64,000 nt of DNA, taken from sequence record PQ850593.1; one strand, given 5' to 3'. Positions 1 to 10,262 of this stretch are shown here, piece after piece. The position numbers were made by a program, and so were the translations under genes. Origin of the DNA: Escherichia phage AidaStucki_Bas93. Each line of letters begins with the position of its first letter. The stretch's first letter is position 1. The notes beneath the pieces are model-generated. The model was not told where the DNA came from, made no database searches, and worked only from the letters and a program-made list of their open reading frames with translations.

Positions 1-1542
1 ATGTCATTAGATAAACAAATTTATGAAGCTCTAACTGGTAACAACCTTAGTGTAGACGAAAAGAAAGCACTATTGAATATGTTGAAAGAGCGTGACCAAT
101 GGAGGAAGTATAATAAGATTTTGTCTTTCAAGGCGTATGACTTCCAAAAGAAATTTTATGCAGCAGGATTGAATCATCGCTTCAGATTCTTGTGTGCAGC
201 GAACCGTGTTGGTAAATCTTATAGCGAGGCATACGAGTTTGCTTGTCATGTCACAGGTCGCTACCCAACTTGGTGGACAGGGTATAAATTTAAAAGACCT
301 ATCTTAGCATGGGCAGTTGGTATTACAGGGGATTCAACAAGGAAGGTATTGCAAAAGGAGTTGTTTGGTACACCTATCGGAAAGGATACAAATTTATTAG
401 GGACAGGTGTCATTCCTCGTGATGCTATCGTCATTGATACGATAGAACGAGATGGTAACAAACTTCAAATCGTACAAATCAAACATCAAAATGAGAGAGG
501 AGAATTTGACGGTTTAAGTACATTAGAATTCCGTTCAACCCAACAGGGTGAACACACATTGATGGGTGCAACAGTTGACTACATTTGGTTAGACGAGGAA
601 GATCCATACGAGTCTATGGCTATATTCGCACAGTGCGTCACACGTACACTCACAACTAAAGGTCTAGTTACAATTACAGCTACACCAGAGAATGGTTTAA
701 CTGAACTGGTAGATAAATTTATGAAAGGTGAAGGAGATGAGAACACAGGTTCTCTATATTTCCAGAATGCTTCTTGGTGGGATGCTCATGTAGACCTAGG
801 TGGACACATCACTGACCAAGATATAAAAGATATGACTGAAGGTATTCCAGCGTGGCAGTTAGAGATGCGTTCAAAAGGTATGCCATTGTTAGGAAGTGGT
901 TTGATTTATGATATATCGGATGACATAATTAAATGTGAACCATTCGAAATTCCTGATACGTGGAAACGTGTCTGTGCAATTGATATTGGTATTGATCACC
1001 CAACTGCTGCTGTTTGGACAGCTTACGACGCAAACACGGATACTATCTATGTCTACGACTCATATAAAGAAGGTGGCTTTACTCCAGTGTATCATGCTCC
1101 AGCTATTAATGGTCGTGGTCAGTGGATTCCTGTCATCCTGCCGCATGATGCGGACAATATTGAGAAAGGTAGTGGTTCATCTGTTGCTCAATTCTATAAG
1201 AATGCAGGGGTTAATGTACAGAGTGAGACCTTCTACAACAAAATTGGAATGGATGGTAAAAAGAACTTCTTTGTAGAACCGGGAATCACAGATATCCGAG
1301 AAAGAATGATGAGTGGACGCTTTAAAATCTTTAACACAGCCGCTAACGCTAAGCTATTCGAAGAGAAAGCTAGATATCACCGTAAGGTTGGTAAGATTAT
1401 TAAAGAACACGATGACTTAATGGATGCAATGCGCTATTCAGCGTGTTCCGTTACACATCGTGGTCGCTCTAAGCATGATGCTAGCTACGGAAGCGCTTCT
1501 TTGTATGAGGCAAACGTAAGCAGATGGAATCAGAGCTACTAA
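1..1542 (+). CDS. terL: terminase large subunit
   Basis: 513-aa ORF starting exactly at window position 1 (upstream context unknown); P-loop-like NRVGKS near N-terminus; immediately followed by portal gene. Confidence 0.8.
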   Translation: MSLDKQIYEALTGNNLSVDEKKALLNMLKERDQWRKYNKILSFKAYDFQKKFYAAGLNHRFRFLCAANRVGKSYSEAYEFACHVTGRYPTWWTGYKFKRPILAWAVGITGDSTRKVLQKELFGTPIGKDTNLLGTGVIPRDAIVIDTIERDGNKLQIVQIKHQNERGEFDGLSTLEFRSTQQGEHTLMGATVDYIWLDEEDPYESMAIFAQCVTRTLTTKGLVTITATPENGLTELVDKFMKGEGDENTGSLYFQNASWWDAHVDLGGHITDQDIKDMTEGIPAWQLEMRSKGMPLLGSGLIYDISDDIIKCEPFEIPDTWKRVCAIDIGIDHPTAAVWTAYDANTDTIYVYDSYKEGGFTPVYHAPAINGRGQWIPVILPHDADNIEKGSGSSVAQFYKNAGVNVQSETFYNKIGMDGKKNFFVEPGITDIRERMMSGRFKIFNTAANAKLFEEKARYHRKVGKIIKEHDDLMDAMRYSACSVTHRGRSKHDASYGSASLYEANVSRWNQSY

Positions 1543-1547
1543 AGTAA

Positions 1548-1576
1548 GGGGAGGTTTGTCCTCCCTTCTTTTATTT
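1548..1576 (+). terminator. hairpin plus T-run between terminase and portal (possible attenuator)
   Basis: GGGAGG/CCTCCC stem with 5-nt loop followed by TTCTTTTATTT. Confidence 0.4.
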
Positions 1577-1602
1577 AAGCTATCAACCGAGGGAGAGAAT
1601 AG

Positions 1603-3846
1603 ATGGCTAAGCAAAAATATAGTGAAGAGGTGTTGGACGAGTTACGTGTTGACCTTCAACGTCGTTTTAATTACGCTCAAGGTTACGTTGACATGGCTGT
1701 TAAGGGCTATGCTCGTGAAGCTTGGGAATATTTCTATGGTAACTTACCTGCACCAGTAACTGCTGGCAGCTCTAGTTGGGTAGATCGTACTGTTTGGGAG
1801 TCTGTTAACGGTACGCTGCAAGATATTATTAACGTATTCTGTTCTGGTGATGAAGCAGTTATTTTCGTAGCTGATAACCAACAGGATTCTGATGCTGCTG
1901 ACGTAGCAACTAAATTAGTTAATCAAATTCTTCTGCGTGATAATCCGGGATACAACATTATCTCTTCTGCTGCACAAGAATGTCTGGTTACTCGTAACTC
2001 TTTTATCAAATATTATTGGGATGAGCACACTTCTACCCAAACCGAAGAAGCTGAAGGTGTACCACCGGAGGCATTGGCTGCATATGTTCAGGGATTAGAA
2101 GCTGGTGGACTCAAGAATCTGGAAATCTTCACTGAAGAAAACGAAGATGGTACAGTAGATGTTAAAGTTACTTATGAACAAACTGTTAAACGTGTGAAAG
2201 TTGAATATGTTCCTTCAGAGCAAATCTTTGTTGACGAACATGCTACCTCTTTTGCAGATGCACAATATTTCTGTCATCGTGTACGTCGTTCTAAAGAAGA
2301 TCTGGTTGCTATGGGCTTCCCTAAAGACGAGATTGAAGCATTCAACGACTGGACAGATACGATGGATACCACTCAATCTACAGTTGCTTGGTCTCGTACT
2401 GACTGGCGTCAGGACATTGATGCTGACATTGGTACAGATACCGAAGATATCGCTTCTATGGTTTGGGTTTATGAGCACTACATCCGTACTGGTGTTCTAG
2501 ATAAGAATAAAGAGTCTAAACTCTATCAGGTTATTCAAGCTGGTGAGCATATCCTTCACACTGAAGAAGTAACTCATATTCCGTTTGTAACCTTCTGCCC
2601 ATATCCGATTCCGGGTTCCTTCTATGGTCAGTCAGTCTATGACATTACGAAAGATATTCAGGATTTACGTACCGCGTTAGTTCGTGGTTATATTGATAAC
2701 GTCAACAATGCTAACTATGGTCGATACAAAGCACTCGTTGGTGCATACGATCGTCGCTCTCTGCTTGATAATCGTCCCGGTGGAGTGGTTGAAATGGAAC
2801 GTCAGGACGCTATTGACCTGTTCCCATACCATAACCTACCTCAAGGTATTGACGGCCTATTAGGTATGTCTGAGGAGCTTAAAGAGACACGTACTGGTGT
2901 AACTAAACTTGGCATGGGTATCAACCCTGACGTGTTTAAGAATGATAACGCTTATGCAACTGTAGGCTTGATGATGAATGCTGCACAGAACCGTCTCCGT
3001 ATGGTATGTCGTAATATTGCTCACAACGGCATGGTTGAATTGATGCGTGGTATTTACAACCTTGTCAGAGAAAACGGTGAAGTTCCTATTGAGGTACAAA
3101 CCCCTCGTGGTATGGTTCAGGTAAATCCGAAACAATTACCAGCTCGTCACAATCTTCAAGTTGTGGTAGCTATTTCTCCTAATGAGAAAGCAGAACGTGC
3201 ACAGAAATTAATTAGCTTGAAACAGCTGATTGCAGCAGATGCACAGTTAGCACCTCTCTTTGGTTTGGAGCAAGACCGTTACATGACTGCACAGATCTTT
3301 GAGTTGATGGGTATTAAGGACACTCATAAGTACTTACTGCCTCTGGAACAGTATCAGCCTCCTGAGCCGTCTCCGATGGAAATCCTCCAGCTCGAGATGA
3401 CTAAAGCACAGGTTGAGAACGTACAGGCTTCCTCTCAGAAAATGATTGCTGATGCATTCGACCAACGTGAACGTACTACATTCGAACAGCAGAAAGCTGC
3501 GGATGAGTTAAGTCTGCGTCAGGAAGAGTTGCAGTTCAAGCAAGAAAATGCAGCAGATGCTATGACTCTGGAAAACCGTAAAGAAGATAACAATGCAACT
3601 CTGGAACAAGCAAAGCACAAGTTAGCTCTTATGCAACAGCAGGTCCGTCAGTATGAGTCTGTACTGAAAGAATTGCAGATGGTTATGGAGCATCAGGTAG
3701 ACCAAGAGAAGATTGTTCAGCAATTTCGTGTTCAGGATAAAACTTTGGAACTCCAAAAGAAAGAAGCTAATGTAACTAAGAAAGAGCAACAAGCCTCTCT
3801 CAAAGATTCACGGATTCCAGGCAAACGTCTTGGAAGTAAAAAGTAA
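1603..3846 (+). CDS. portal protein
   Basis: 747-aa ORF directly after terminase; Q/E-rich coiled-coil C-terminus; gene order terminase-portal-scaffold-capsid. Confidence 0.7.
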   Translation: MAKQKYSEEVLDELRVDLQRRFNYAQGYVDMAVKGYAREAWEYFYGNLPAPVTAGSSSWVDRTVWESVNGTLQDIINVFCSGDEAVIFVADNQQDSDAADVATKLVNQILLRDNPGYNIISSAAQECLVTRNSFIKYYWDEHTSTQTEEAEGVPPEALAAYVQGLEAGGLKNLEIFTEENEDGTVDVKVTYEQTVKRVKVEYVPSEQIFVDEHATSFADAQYFCHRVRRSKEDLVAMGFPKDEIEAFNDWTDTMDTTQSTVAWSRTDWRQDIDADIGTDTEDIASMVWVYEHYIRTGVLDKNKESKLYQVIQAGEHILHTEEVTHIPFVTFCPYPIPGSFYGQSVYDITKDIQDLRTALVRGYIDNVNNANYGRYKALVGAYDRRSLLDNRPGGVVEMERQDAIDLFPYHNLPQGIDGLLGMSEELKETRTGVTKLGMGINPDVFKNDNAYATVGLMMNAAQNRLRMVCRNIAHNGMVELMRGIYNLVRENGEVPIEVQTPRGMVQVNPKQLPARHNLQVVVAISPNEKAERAQKLISLKQLIAADAQLAPLFGLEQDRYMTAQIFELMGIKDTHKYLLPLEQYQPPEPSPMEILQLEMTKAQVENVQASSQKMIADAFDQRERTTFEQQKAADELSLRQEELQFKQENAADAMTLENRKEDNNATLEQAKHKLALMQQQVRQYESVLKELQMVMEHQVDQEKIVQQFRVQDKTLELQKKEANVTKKEQQASLKDSRIPGKRLGSKK

Positions 3847-3855
3847 GGACGTCGA

Positions 3856-4092
3856 ATGAACATTAGGCATCAATTCAATAAAGAGCACGCCGCCGCTTTG
3901 GCGGCTCTCAACCTTAACGGCAGTCTTGACGCAGCATTAGAGGCATTGAAAGAGAGACTCATGACAGAAATAGTTCAAACTGAACCTCATGAGAATAAGA
4001 AACGCGAAGATTGTTATCAAAAGTATAAAATGGTGGGTAGCTTAAAAGAGGTCATAAAAGCTGCTATCAATAGTGCAGGAGATGTTTCATAA
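3856..4092 (+). CDS. hypothetical protein
   Basis: 78-aa ORF packed between portal and scaffold genes. Confidence 0.4.
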   Translation: MNIRHQFNKEHAAALAALNLNGSLDAALEALKERLMTEIVQTEPHENKKREDCYQKYKMVGSLKEVIKAAINSAGDVS

Positions 4093-5177
4093 TGCCACAA
4101 GATAATTATATTGACCCGAACGATTTTAAATCTTTCCTCCAACTGGATGACCTGAAGGGTTCTTTCAAAGAAGAACTTGGTCGATTAGAATCTGAACAAG
4201 AACCAGAAGTGGACATTGACGATGAGTTCCCGGAAAAAGATGGTGACGATTTCGACTTTGATACCGACCTTCTCGGTGAAAGCGATGAGCTTAAGTTCGA
4301 AGATGAAGATGGTTGGGAAGATCGTGATGAGGAAGGCGAAGTCGAAGAAGATGGGGACAACTCTGACGAAGGTGATGAAAACGCTGAAGTAGAAGAGGAA
4401 GACTCAAGCGATGCAGGATATGGAGATGATTCTGCTGACGGTGAAGGTGAAGTCTTTGATGTAGACTATGAAACCGTTATCACCCTTCCTGATGGACGTG
4501 AGATGACTATTGAAGAACTCTCCAATGGCTATCTTACTGGTGCTGATATGGCTGAACGTGAGACTACTCTTCAGCGTCACATGGAAGCATTTGAGGAACG
4601 TGTAGTAGGTTTGAAGGATGTATTAGAATTAGCGTCTTTAGAAGCAGACCGAGTAATTGAGGATTACAACGGTTTTGATTGGGACAAGCTTGCAGTAGAA
4701 GATCCTCAAGCATATGTTGAAAACAAACGTTTCCTAGAGAAGTATACAGCTCGTCGTAACCAGCTTGAACAGGCTCAGATCCGTATTAAGCAGGAAGCAG
4801 CAGCTAAAGAGCAGGAAGCTTTCCAAGCCAAGAGCATTGAATGTGTTAATATTCTGAAACGTGAGATTCCAAATTGGGATGAAAACTTATATCAAAACTT
4901 AATGCAATACGCAATTGACTTAGGTGCTACTGAAGAAGAAGTATTGAAGGAAAACCGTCCGTCTATTTTCCTAGCCCTTCACAAAGCATACCAATTTGAT
5001 AAAGGTAAGCAGCAGGTGATGGCTAAGATTAAACGTCCCGGTGCTCCACGCAAGGTTGTGAAGTCTGATGCTGCAAAGTCTCGCACTTCCAATAAGCCAG
5101 ACAACGCTAAGGTTGCCAAGGCATTCGCAGAGGGTCGCGTTAGTCACGAAGACGCATTCAAATTCCTCGTAGATTAA
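4092..5177 (+). CDS. putative scaffolding protein
   Basis: 361 aa with extremely acidic D/E-rich N-terminal half and helical C-terminal half; sits between portal and major capsid. Confidence 0.55.
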   Translation: MPQDNYIDPNDFKSFLQLDDLKGSFKEELGRLESEQEPEVDIDDEFPEKDGDDFDFDTDLLGESDELKFEDEDGWEDRDEEGEVEEDGDNSDEGDENAEVEEEDSSDAGYGDDSADGEGEVFDVDYETVITLPDGREMTIEELSNGYLTGADMAERETTLQRHMEAFEERVVGLKDVLELASLEADRVIEDYNGFDWDKLAVEDPQAYVENKRFLEKYTARRNQLEQAQIRIKQEAAAKEQEAFQAKSIECVNILKREIPNWDENLYQNLMQYAIDLGATEEEVLKENRPSIFLALHKAYQFDKGKQQVMAKIKRPGAPRKVVKSDAAKSRTSNKPDNAKVAKAFAEGRVSHEDAFKFLVD

Positions 5178-5218
5178 TCGACAAATTAATTATTTAATAG
5201 TATAGGAGCTAACATAAC

Positions 5219-6280
5219 ATGGCTAATCCAACTTTATTTGTATCGTATGACCAGAATGGTAAAAAACTTTCTTTTGCTAACTGGATTTCTGTTCTGTCCC
5301 CTCAGGATACCCCGTTCGTATCTATGACCGGTAAAGAGTCTATCAACCAGACTATCTTTAGCTGGCAGACCGATGCACTGGCAAGCGTTGACGGTAATAA
5401 CGCACACGTCGAAGGCTCTCGTGCTGAAGACGGCGAAATGAAACCGACTGTTATCAAATCTAACGTTACTCAGATTCTGCGTAAGGTTGTTCGTGTTTCT
5501 GATACTGCTAACACCACCGCTAACTACGGTCGTGGTCGTGAACTGATGTATCAGCTGGAGAAGAAAGGTAAAGAGATCAAGCGTGACCTCGAGAAAATCC
5601 TTCTGTCCGGTCAGGCTCGTACCGATGTTCTGGCTGACCAATACCTGACTAACTCCGCAACTGATCCTGCAGCTGTTGGTCTGAACGACACCCACGCAGC
5701 TCGTAAGACTGGTGCTTTCCAGTTCCTGTGTGCACACAACGGTGTTTCTGCTGGTGTTGTTAAGAAAGAAAATGGCCCTGCTGATCCGGATACTGGTGCA
5801 GTAACTGTTAAAGTTGCACAGAATGCTTCTAACCCGACCACTAACGTTGGTTTTGATGAAGCTGATATCTTTGATATGACTCTGCAACTGTACACTGCTG
5901 GTTCTGAAGCAGATATCATCATGATCAACCCTGCTCATGCTAAGATCTTCGCTGGTCTGCAAGAAAACACTCAGGGTTCACGTAAGCGTATCTTTGAGAA
6001 CACCAAGCAGTTCATCTACGAAGTTAACAGCATCACTGACCCGCTGGGCCAGAACTACAAAATCATCGTTAACCGTTGGATGCCTACCGATGCAGTTTAC
6101 TTCTTCCGTAGCGCTGACTGGACTCAGATGGTCCTGCGTGCTCCGAAACGTACTGAACTGGCAAAAGATGGTTCTTATGAGAAGTGGATGATTGAAATGG
6201 AAGTTGGTCTGCGTCACCGCAACCCTTATGCTTCCGGAGTTCTGTTCACTGCTGCGGGAAAGTTGGATCCGCAACAGTAG
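5219..6280 (+). CDS. major capsid protein
   Basis: 353-aa ORF with codon usage typical of a highly expressed gene, TAGGAG RBS, followed by a strong intrinsic terminator. Confidence 0.7.
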   Translation: MANPTLFVSYDQNGKKLSFANWISVLSPQDTPFVSMTGKESINQTIFSWQTDALASVDGNNAHVEGSRAEDGEMKPTVIKSNVTQILRKVVRVSDTANTTANYGRGRELMYQLEKKGKEIKRDLEKILLSGQARTDVLADQYLTNSATDPAAVGLNDTHAARKTGAFQFLCAHNGVSAGVVKKENGPADPDTGAVTVKVAQNASNPTTNVGFDEADIFDMTLQLYTAGSEADIIMINPAHAKIFAGLQENTQGSRKRIFENTKQFIYEVNSITDPLGQNYKIIVNRWMPTDAVYFFRSADWTQMVLRAPKRTELAKDGSYEKWMIEMEVGLRHRNPYASGVLFTAAGKLDPQQ

Positions 6281-6798
6281 ACAGTGTGACTGTTAGCCCT
6301 GCGTCTGTAGAAAGTCTAGAGACAGGGGCTACTCAGCAGTTTACTGCAAGCGCTGAGAAGAGTGACGGCTCTACCGAAACAACTGGCTTTACTTGGTCAG
6401 TAACAGGAGGCGGTTCTATCACTCAGTCTGGTTTGTATACTGCTCCGAGTGCGGCTCAATCCACTGATGTATCCATTACTGCGACTTTAGAGGGTGTTTC
6501 TGGTACAGCAACCATTTCTGAAATTGTTGATCCTGCCCCTACTATTGTAGCTAAGGGTCCAATTACAGGTAAAACTGGTGGTTCTTCCACTAACTTCACT
6601 ACCATGTTTACTGTAACTAATTCTACTGCTGCGGATTACACGTTTGTTGTAACCCCTGCAGAAGCTGGTACAGTAAGCGCTGCTGGTGCGTTAACCTTAG
6701 ATGATGCTGCAAGTGGCGAAGTTACTGTTCAAGCAAGTTTGACAGCTGACCCGTCCATCAATGCAACATGCACTTTTACTGGTGTAACACCTGCTTAA
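5219..6798 (+). CDS. putative frameshift product: capsid with C-terminal Ig-like (BIG2-type) extension
   Basis: -1 frame downstream of the slippery site encodes VTVSPASVESLETGATQQFTASAEK... (BIG2-like); the six-frame track only reports it as a GTG-initiated ORF 6286..6798 with no RBS of its own. Confidence 0.5.
6256..6262 (+). promoter_or_regulatory. candidate -1 programmed frameshift slippery heptamer G_GGA_AAG
   Basis: X_XXY_YYZ heptamer in capsid frame 6 codons before the capsid stop; the -1 frame is open from 6196 to 6798. Confidence 0.5.
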
Positions 6799-6805
6799 AA
6801 CTAGA

Positions 6806-6829
6806 CCCTGCCTTCGGGCGGGGTTTTTT
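6806..6829 (+). terminator. rho-independent terminator after capsid gene
   Basis: CCCTGCC-TTCG-GGCGGGG hairpin followed by TTTTTT. Confidence 0.75.
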
Positions 6830-6855
6830 CGTTTTAAGACCTATACAAGCCAGCG

Positions 6856-6868
6856 TGTAATGTATATT
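6856..6868 (+). promoter_or_regulatory. candidate phage promoter motif GTAATGTATATTC
   Basis: TAATGTATA core about 35 nt upstream of the 6900 start codon; same core recurs upstream of other genes. Confidence 0.4.
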
Positions 6869-6899
6869 CTTTGTCTACATATAACAAGGAGGACAACCT

Positions 6900-7652
6900 A
6901 TGGCAATGCCAGATGTTCAATACCCCATCAATACCTATGGGTGGCTAAAGAAGGCCGTGGCCCTCTGGGCAGATAGGGACGATGACGAATTTGTTAATCA
7001 AATTCCAAACTTTATTAACTTTGCAGAGAAAGAGATTTATCGTAACTTACGTATCCCTCCTCTGGAAAAAGAAGTGTACTTAGATATTAAAGATGGAGTA
7101 GCTTACATTCCTCCTGATTACTTAGAAGCTCAATGGATGATGAGAGCCAAAGATGGTACAATCTTCCAAGTAACATCTCCTGAAGAGATTAGCTATCGTA
7201 GACAGCATGGAACAATTAACCCATCTCATTGGAATAACCAACCTGTTAACTTTGCTCGTTTCGGTAGTCGTTTCATTTTCTACCCTAGCATCGAAGCAGA
7301 CACTCCGTACTATCCTGATGATGGAAGTCCTTTGATTCCAGCAGAAAACTCAGTAATTCTTAGTTATTATGCAGACCCACCGGAATTTCATGAAGATACA
7401 GATACCAGTGCTATCCTTACTATTGCACCAGAACTTCTTCTGTATTTCACTCTACGTCATGCTTGCTTGTTTGTTCAAGATGATAATGGAGTTCAGAAAT
7501 GGTCAGCATTAGGGAAAGCTATCCTTGATGAAATGGTAGAACAGAATAAGAAACAAGAGTACTCAGGTTCACCTATCGCAATTCCGAATAACATGACTCG
7601 ACTTCAGAGCAGCTTGCCTGATATTTATGGTATTCGTACTTCTCGTGTATAA
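6900..7652 (+). CDS. virion structural protein (possible head-tail adaptor or tail tube)
   Basis: 250-aa ORF with AAGGAGG RBS, first gene after the capsid terminator. Confidence 0.45.
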   Translation: MAMPDVQYPINTYGWLKKAVALWADRDDDEFVNQIPNFINFAEKEIYRNLRIPPLEKEVYLDIKDGVAYIPPDYLEAQWMMRAKDGTIFQVTSPEEISYRRQHGTINPSHWNNQPVNFARFGSRFIFYPSIEADTPYYPDDGSPLIPAENSVILSYYADPPEFHEDTDTSAILTIAPELLLYFTLRHACLFVQDDNGVQKWSALGKAILDEMVEQNKKQEYSGSPIAIPNNMTRLQSSLPDIYGIRTSRV

Positions 7653-7661
7653 GGAGATAAT

Positions 7662-10220
7662 ATGATCGTTTATAATAACCAAGCACCTGATGCAGTGAAT
7701 AACGTTGGGCAGTTTGGTGCTACTGAAGGCTCTATCGGAGCTTACAAGCAAGCGGCAGAATATGCAGCTGATTCTAAGTATTGGTCACTGTTGGCAGAGG
7801 CTAAGTTTGGTACAGTTGATGACTTGATTGCTCAGGTTGAGATTCTATACAAACAAGGTGTTCTATTAAGAGAAGATATTGAAGACTTAAAACAAGACTT
7901 CATTGCACAAGATGCTCGTTTGATGAACCTCATTGCTCAAACTAACGCAGCTGTAGCTGATGCAAATAATGCAGTTGCTCTGATTAATCAGAAACTTGTA
8001 GAAGTTCAGAATCAACTCGACGTTCTGTTGGGAATGTCTGTTGACGTAACTACACTTCCTCCGGGAACTCCGGCTACTGGCTCTTTTAATCCGAACACTG
8101 GTGTAATCTCTCTGGGTATCCCAGAAGGTGATCCCGGAAAGGATGGTTCTGTTACTGACCTATCTGCTGCTCCTACCGGTACACCGGAGCTGGGGGACAT
8201 CGGTTTCTATGTTGACAAAGATGATAACATTGTTCACAAAACAACTCTCGAAGATATTGCAAACCTGATCCCATCTGTTCGTTCTGTTTCAGTTAACGAT
8301 GGCCCTGCGCTTGATGGTGAAGTTGCTCTTACACTCAACAAAGAGACGGTAGGTCTTGGGAACGTTTTGAACGTGGCTCAGTACAGCCGCCAAGAGATTA
8401 ATGATAAGTTTGACAAAACAACTAAAACCTACCAATCGAAAGCCGAAGCTGATGCGGATGCTCAATACCGACAGGTAGGAGAAAAGGTTTTGGTGTGGGA
8501 CTCAACGAAGTATGAATTCTATACTGTTGCAGCGAATAAAACCCTTACTCCGGTTAAAACAGAAGGTCGTATCCTAACTGTTAACTCCCGTGCTCCTGAT
8601 TCAACTGGTAACATCGATATCGTAATCCCAACAGGAAACCCATCTTTGTATTTAGGGGAGATGGTAATGTTCCCTTATGACCCAGCTAAAGCTGTCTCCT
8701 ATCCGGGCATTCTTCCTGCGGACGGTCGTTTGGTGTCAAAAGAATCTGCTTTGGATTTAGGCCCATCCCTTATCAGTGGACAACTCCCTGTTGTTTCTGA
8801 AACAGAGTGGCAAGCTGGTGCTAAGCAGTATTTCTCTTGGGGTAAATTAGCCGATGGCATCACTGATGCAGATTCTACTAACTATATCAATATCCGTCTT
8901 CCTGATTGGACAGGCGGTGAGGCTATTCGATCCCCTGATTCTGTAAAAGATAGTGCATATAAAGGTAATGTTCAAAGTCAGGTCCCTTATGTAGTCACTG
9001 TAAATAACCAAGCTCCTGATGAGATTACAGGTAACGTCAATATCTCCAGATCTATCTTAGGTGCTGCTGCTGCTGGTGCAAACTCTGATATAACATCTCT
9101 CGCAGGGCTTACAACAGCGCTTTCTGTCACTCAGGGTGGAACAGGTGCAAAGAATTCCAATGATGCTAAGGTAAATTTAGATTTAGACAGAATAGAGCAA
9201 GGTTCTGGAGAGACTAAGATCCTATCTCCAAATAAAGAAACCTACATGTTTGTTGATAATGACGGGTGGGGTTGTTACCGTACCACGGCTGGGTTGGTCG
9301 GTACTGTAGCTTTGTCAGTTGAGAGAGGGGGCACTGGAGCAACAGATGTTGCTAGTGCAAGAGATAATCTAGGACTTAAATCTCTTTCTACATTAGATAT
9401 TGTTCCAGTAACAAAAGGTGGTACAGGTGCTAGTGATGCTGCCGGTGCAAGGTTTAATTTGGGGTTGGGAAATGTTTCTACTCTGGACAACGTACCAATC
9501 GCTAGTGGTGGTACAGGTGCTAGTGATGCTGCCGGTGCCCGAAGCAACCTCGGAGCGCTGAGTAACACTCCAGCAAACACAGGTGCAGGTAATACTGGTG
9601 CGCGAGTCCAACATGCCACCGGAAGAGGTCTGTTTACTTTAGACATGTTTAACTGCTACTGGTATATGCAGCCAGAGGATACTAACTTCTGGGTTGCCCA
9701 CGGTGTGTCATATGCAGGGCCTAATGGCGAAGCCTCAGAGTATGGTCGTATATCTTACGCAATAAAGATTGCAGATGGAACAACAAAATATGTCCATTGT
9801 CTTACAAACAAAAACACCATCATTGATACAGGCGGATTTATCAAAGCGGCATCTCCGGTAGTTAACATTTATGCCAACGGTCGGTATGAAACGAACGATG
9901 AGTCTGAGGGGGTTAGTGTCATCCGGCAGGGTATTGGTGAATATCTGATTACCGGTTGCCTCGGTCTTAACTCTGATGCAAGATGGGGTGGGGTGGATGG
10001 GGGGTTTGAAATCCCAACAGATCGCAACAAGCAACCTAGGATTTGGCTGGACTATGAGGTTAAAGAAGATGGTTCTATTTTAGTTAAAACCTATCACAGA
10101 ACTCACCCAACCTCTCCAGTTTTTGCTAGAAACGAGATAGAAGGTTTTTCTGATGGGGACCCTATTGATATTCCAAGTGATGCTTTTATCTCAGTTCGTG
10201 TAGAGATGCCAGCTGAGTAA
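7662..10220 (+). CDS. tail fibre/spike protein with GGTGA-type fibre repeats
   Basis: 852 aa; repeated GGTGA(T/S)D..ARxNLGL segments characteristic of phage tail-fibre repeats. Confidence 0.65.
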   Translation: MIVYNNQAPDAVNNVGQFGATEGSIGAYKQAAEYAADSKYWSLLAEAKFGTVDDLIAQVEILYKQGVLLREDIEDLKQDFIAQDARLMNLIAQTNAAVADANNAVALINQKLVEVQNQLDVLLGMSVDVTTLPPGTPATGSFNPNTGVISLGIPEGDPGKDGSVTDLSAAPTGTPELGDIGFYVDKDDNIVHKTTLEDIANLIPSVRSVSVNDGPALDGEVALTLNKETVGLGNVLNVAQYSRQEINDKFDKTTKTYQSKAEADADAQYRQVGEKVLVWDSTKYEFYTVAANKTLTPVKTEGRILTVNSRAPDSTGNIDIVIPTGNPSLYLGEMVMFPYDPAKAVSYPGILPADGRLVSKESALDLGPSLISGQLPVVSETEWQAGAKQYFSWGKLADGITDADSTNYINIRLPDWTGGEAIRSPDSVKDSAYKGNVQSQVPYVVTVNNQAPDEITGNVNISRSILGAAAAGANSDITSLAGLTTALSVTQGGTGAKNSNDAKVNLDLDRIEQGSGETKILSPNKETYMFVDNDGWGCYRTTAGLVGTVALSVERGGTGATDVASARDNLGLKSLSTLDIVPVTKGGTGASDAAGARFNLGLGNVSTLDNVPIASGGTGASDAAGARSNLGALSNTPANTGAGNTGARVQHATGRGLFTLDMFNCYWYMQPEDTNFWVAHGVSYAGPNGEASEYGRISYAIKIADGTTKYVHCLTNKNTIIDTGGFIKAASPVVNIYANGRYETNDESEGVSVIRQGIGEYLITGCLGLNSDARWGGVDGGFEIPTDRNKQPRIWLDYEVKEDGSILVKTYHRTHPTSPVFARNEIEGFSDGDPIDIPSDAFISVRVEMPAE
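9418..9538 (+). repeat. exact 32-bp direct repeat (two copies, 89 bp apart) inside the tail fibre gene
   Basis: ggtggtacaggtgctagtgatgctgccggtgc at 9418-9449 and 9507-9538. Confidence 0.8.
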
Positions 10221-10229
10221 ATAAAACAT

Positions 10230-10250
10230 GCTCCCTTCGGGGAGCTTTAT
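10230..10250 (+). terminator. terminator-like hairpin after tail fibre gene
   Basis: GCTCCC-TTCG-GGGAGC hairpin followed by TTTAT, then GGAGG RBS of the next gene. Confidence 0.45.
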
Positions 10251-10262
10251 GGAGGATTATAA

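Noticed and set aside
935-1276. 113-aa alternative-frame ORF inside the terminase gene
   Set aside because: Fully embedded in terL, hydrophobic low-complexity translation, no RBS.
2201-3135. Small ORFs inside or antisense to the portal gene (2201..2500, 2215..2478, 2860..3135)
   Set aside because: Embedded in a well-supported 747-aa ORF; no independent signals.
4106-4360. Ser-rich antisense ORF opposite the acidic scaffold region
   Set aside because: Mirror image of the GA-rich codons encoding the D/E stretch.
5234-6274. Antisense and alternative-frame ORFs overlapping the major capsid gene (5234..5962, 5611..5928, 5937..6191, 5978..6274)
   Set aside because: They lie inside a long ORF with highly-expressed-gene codon usage and have no RBS; typical shadow ORFs.
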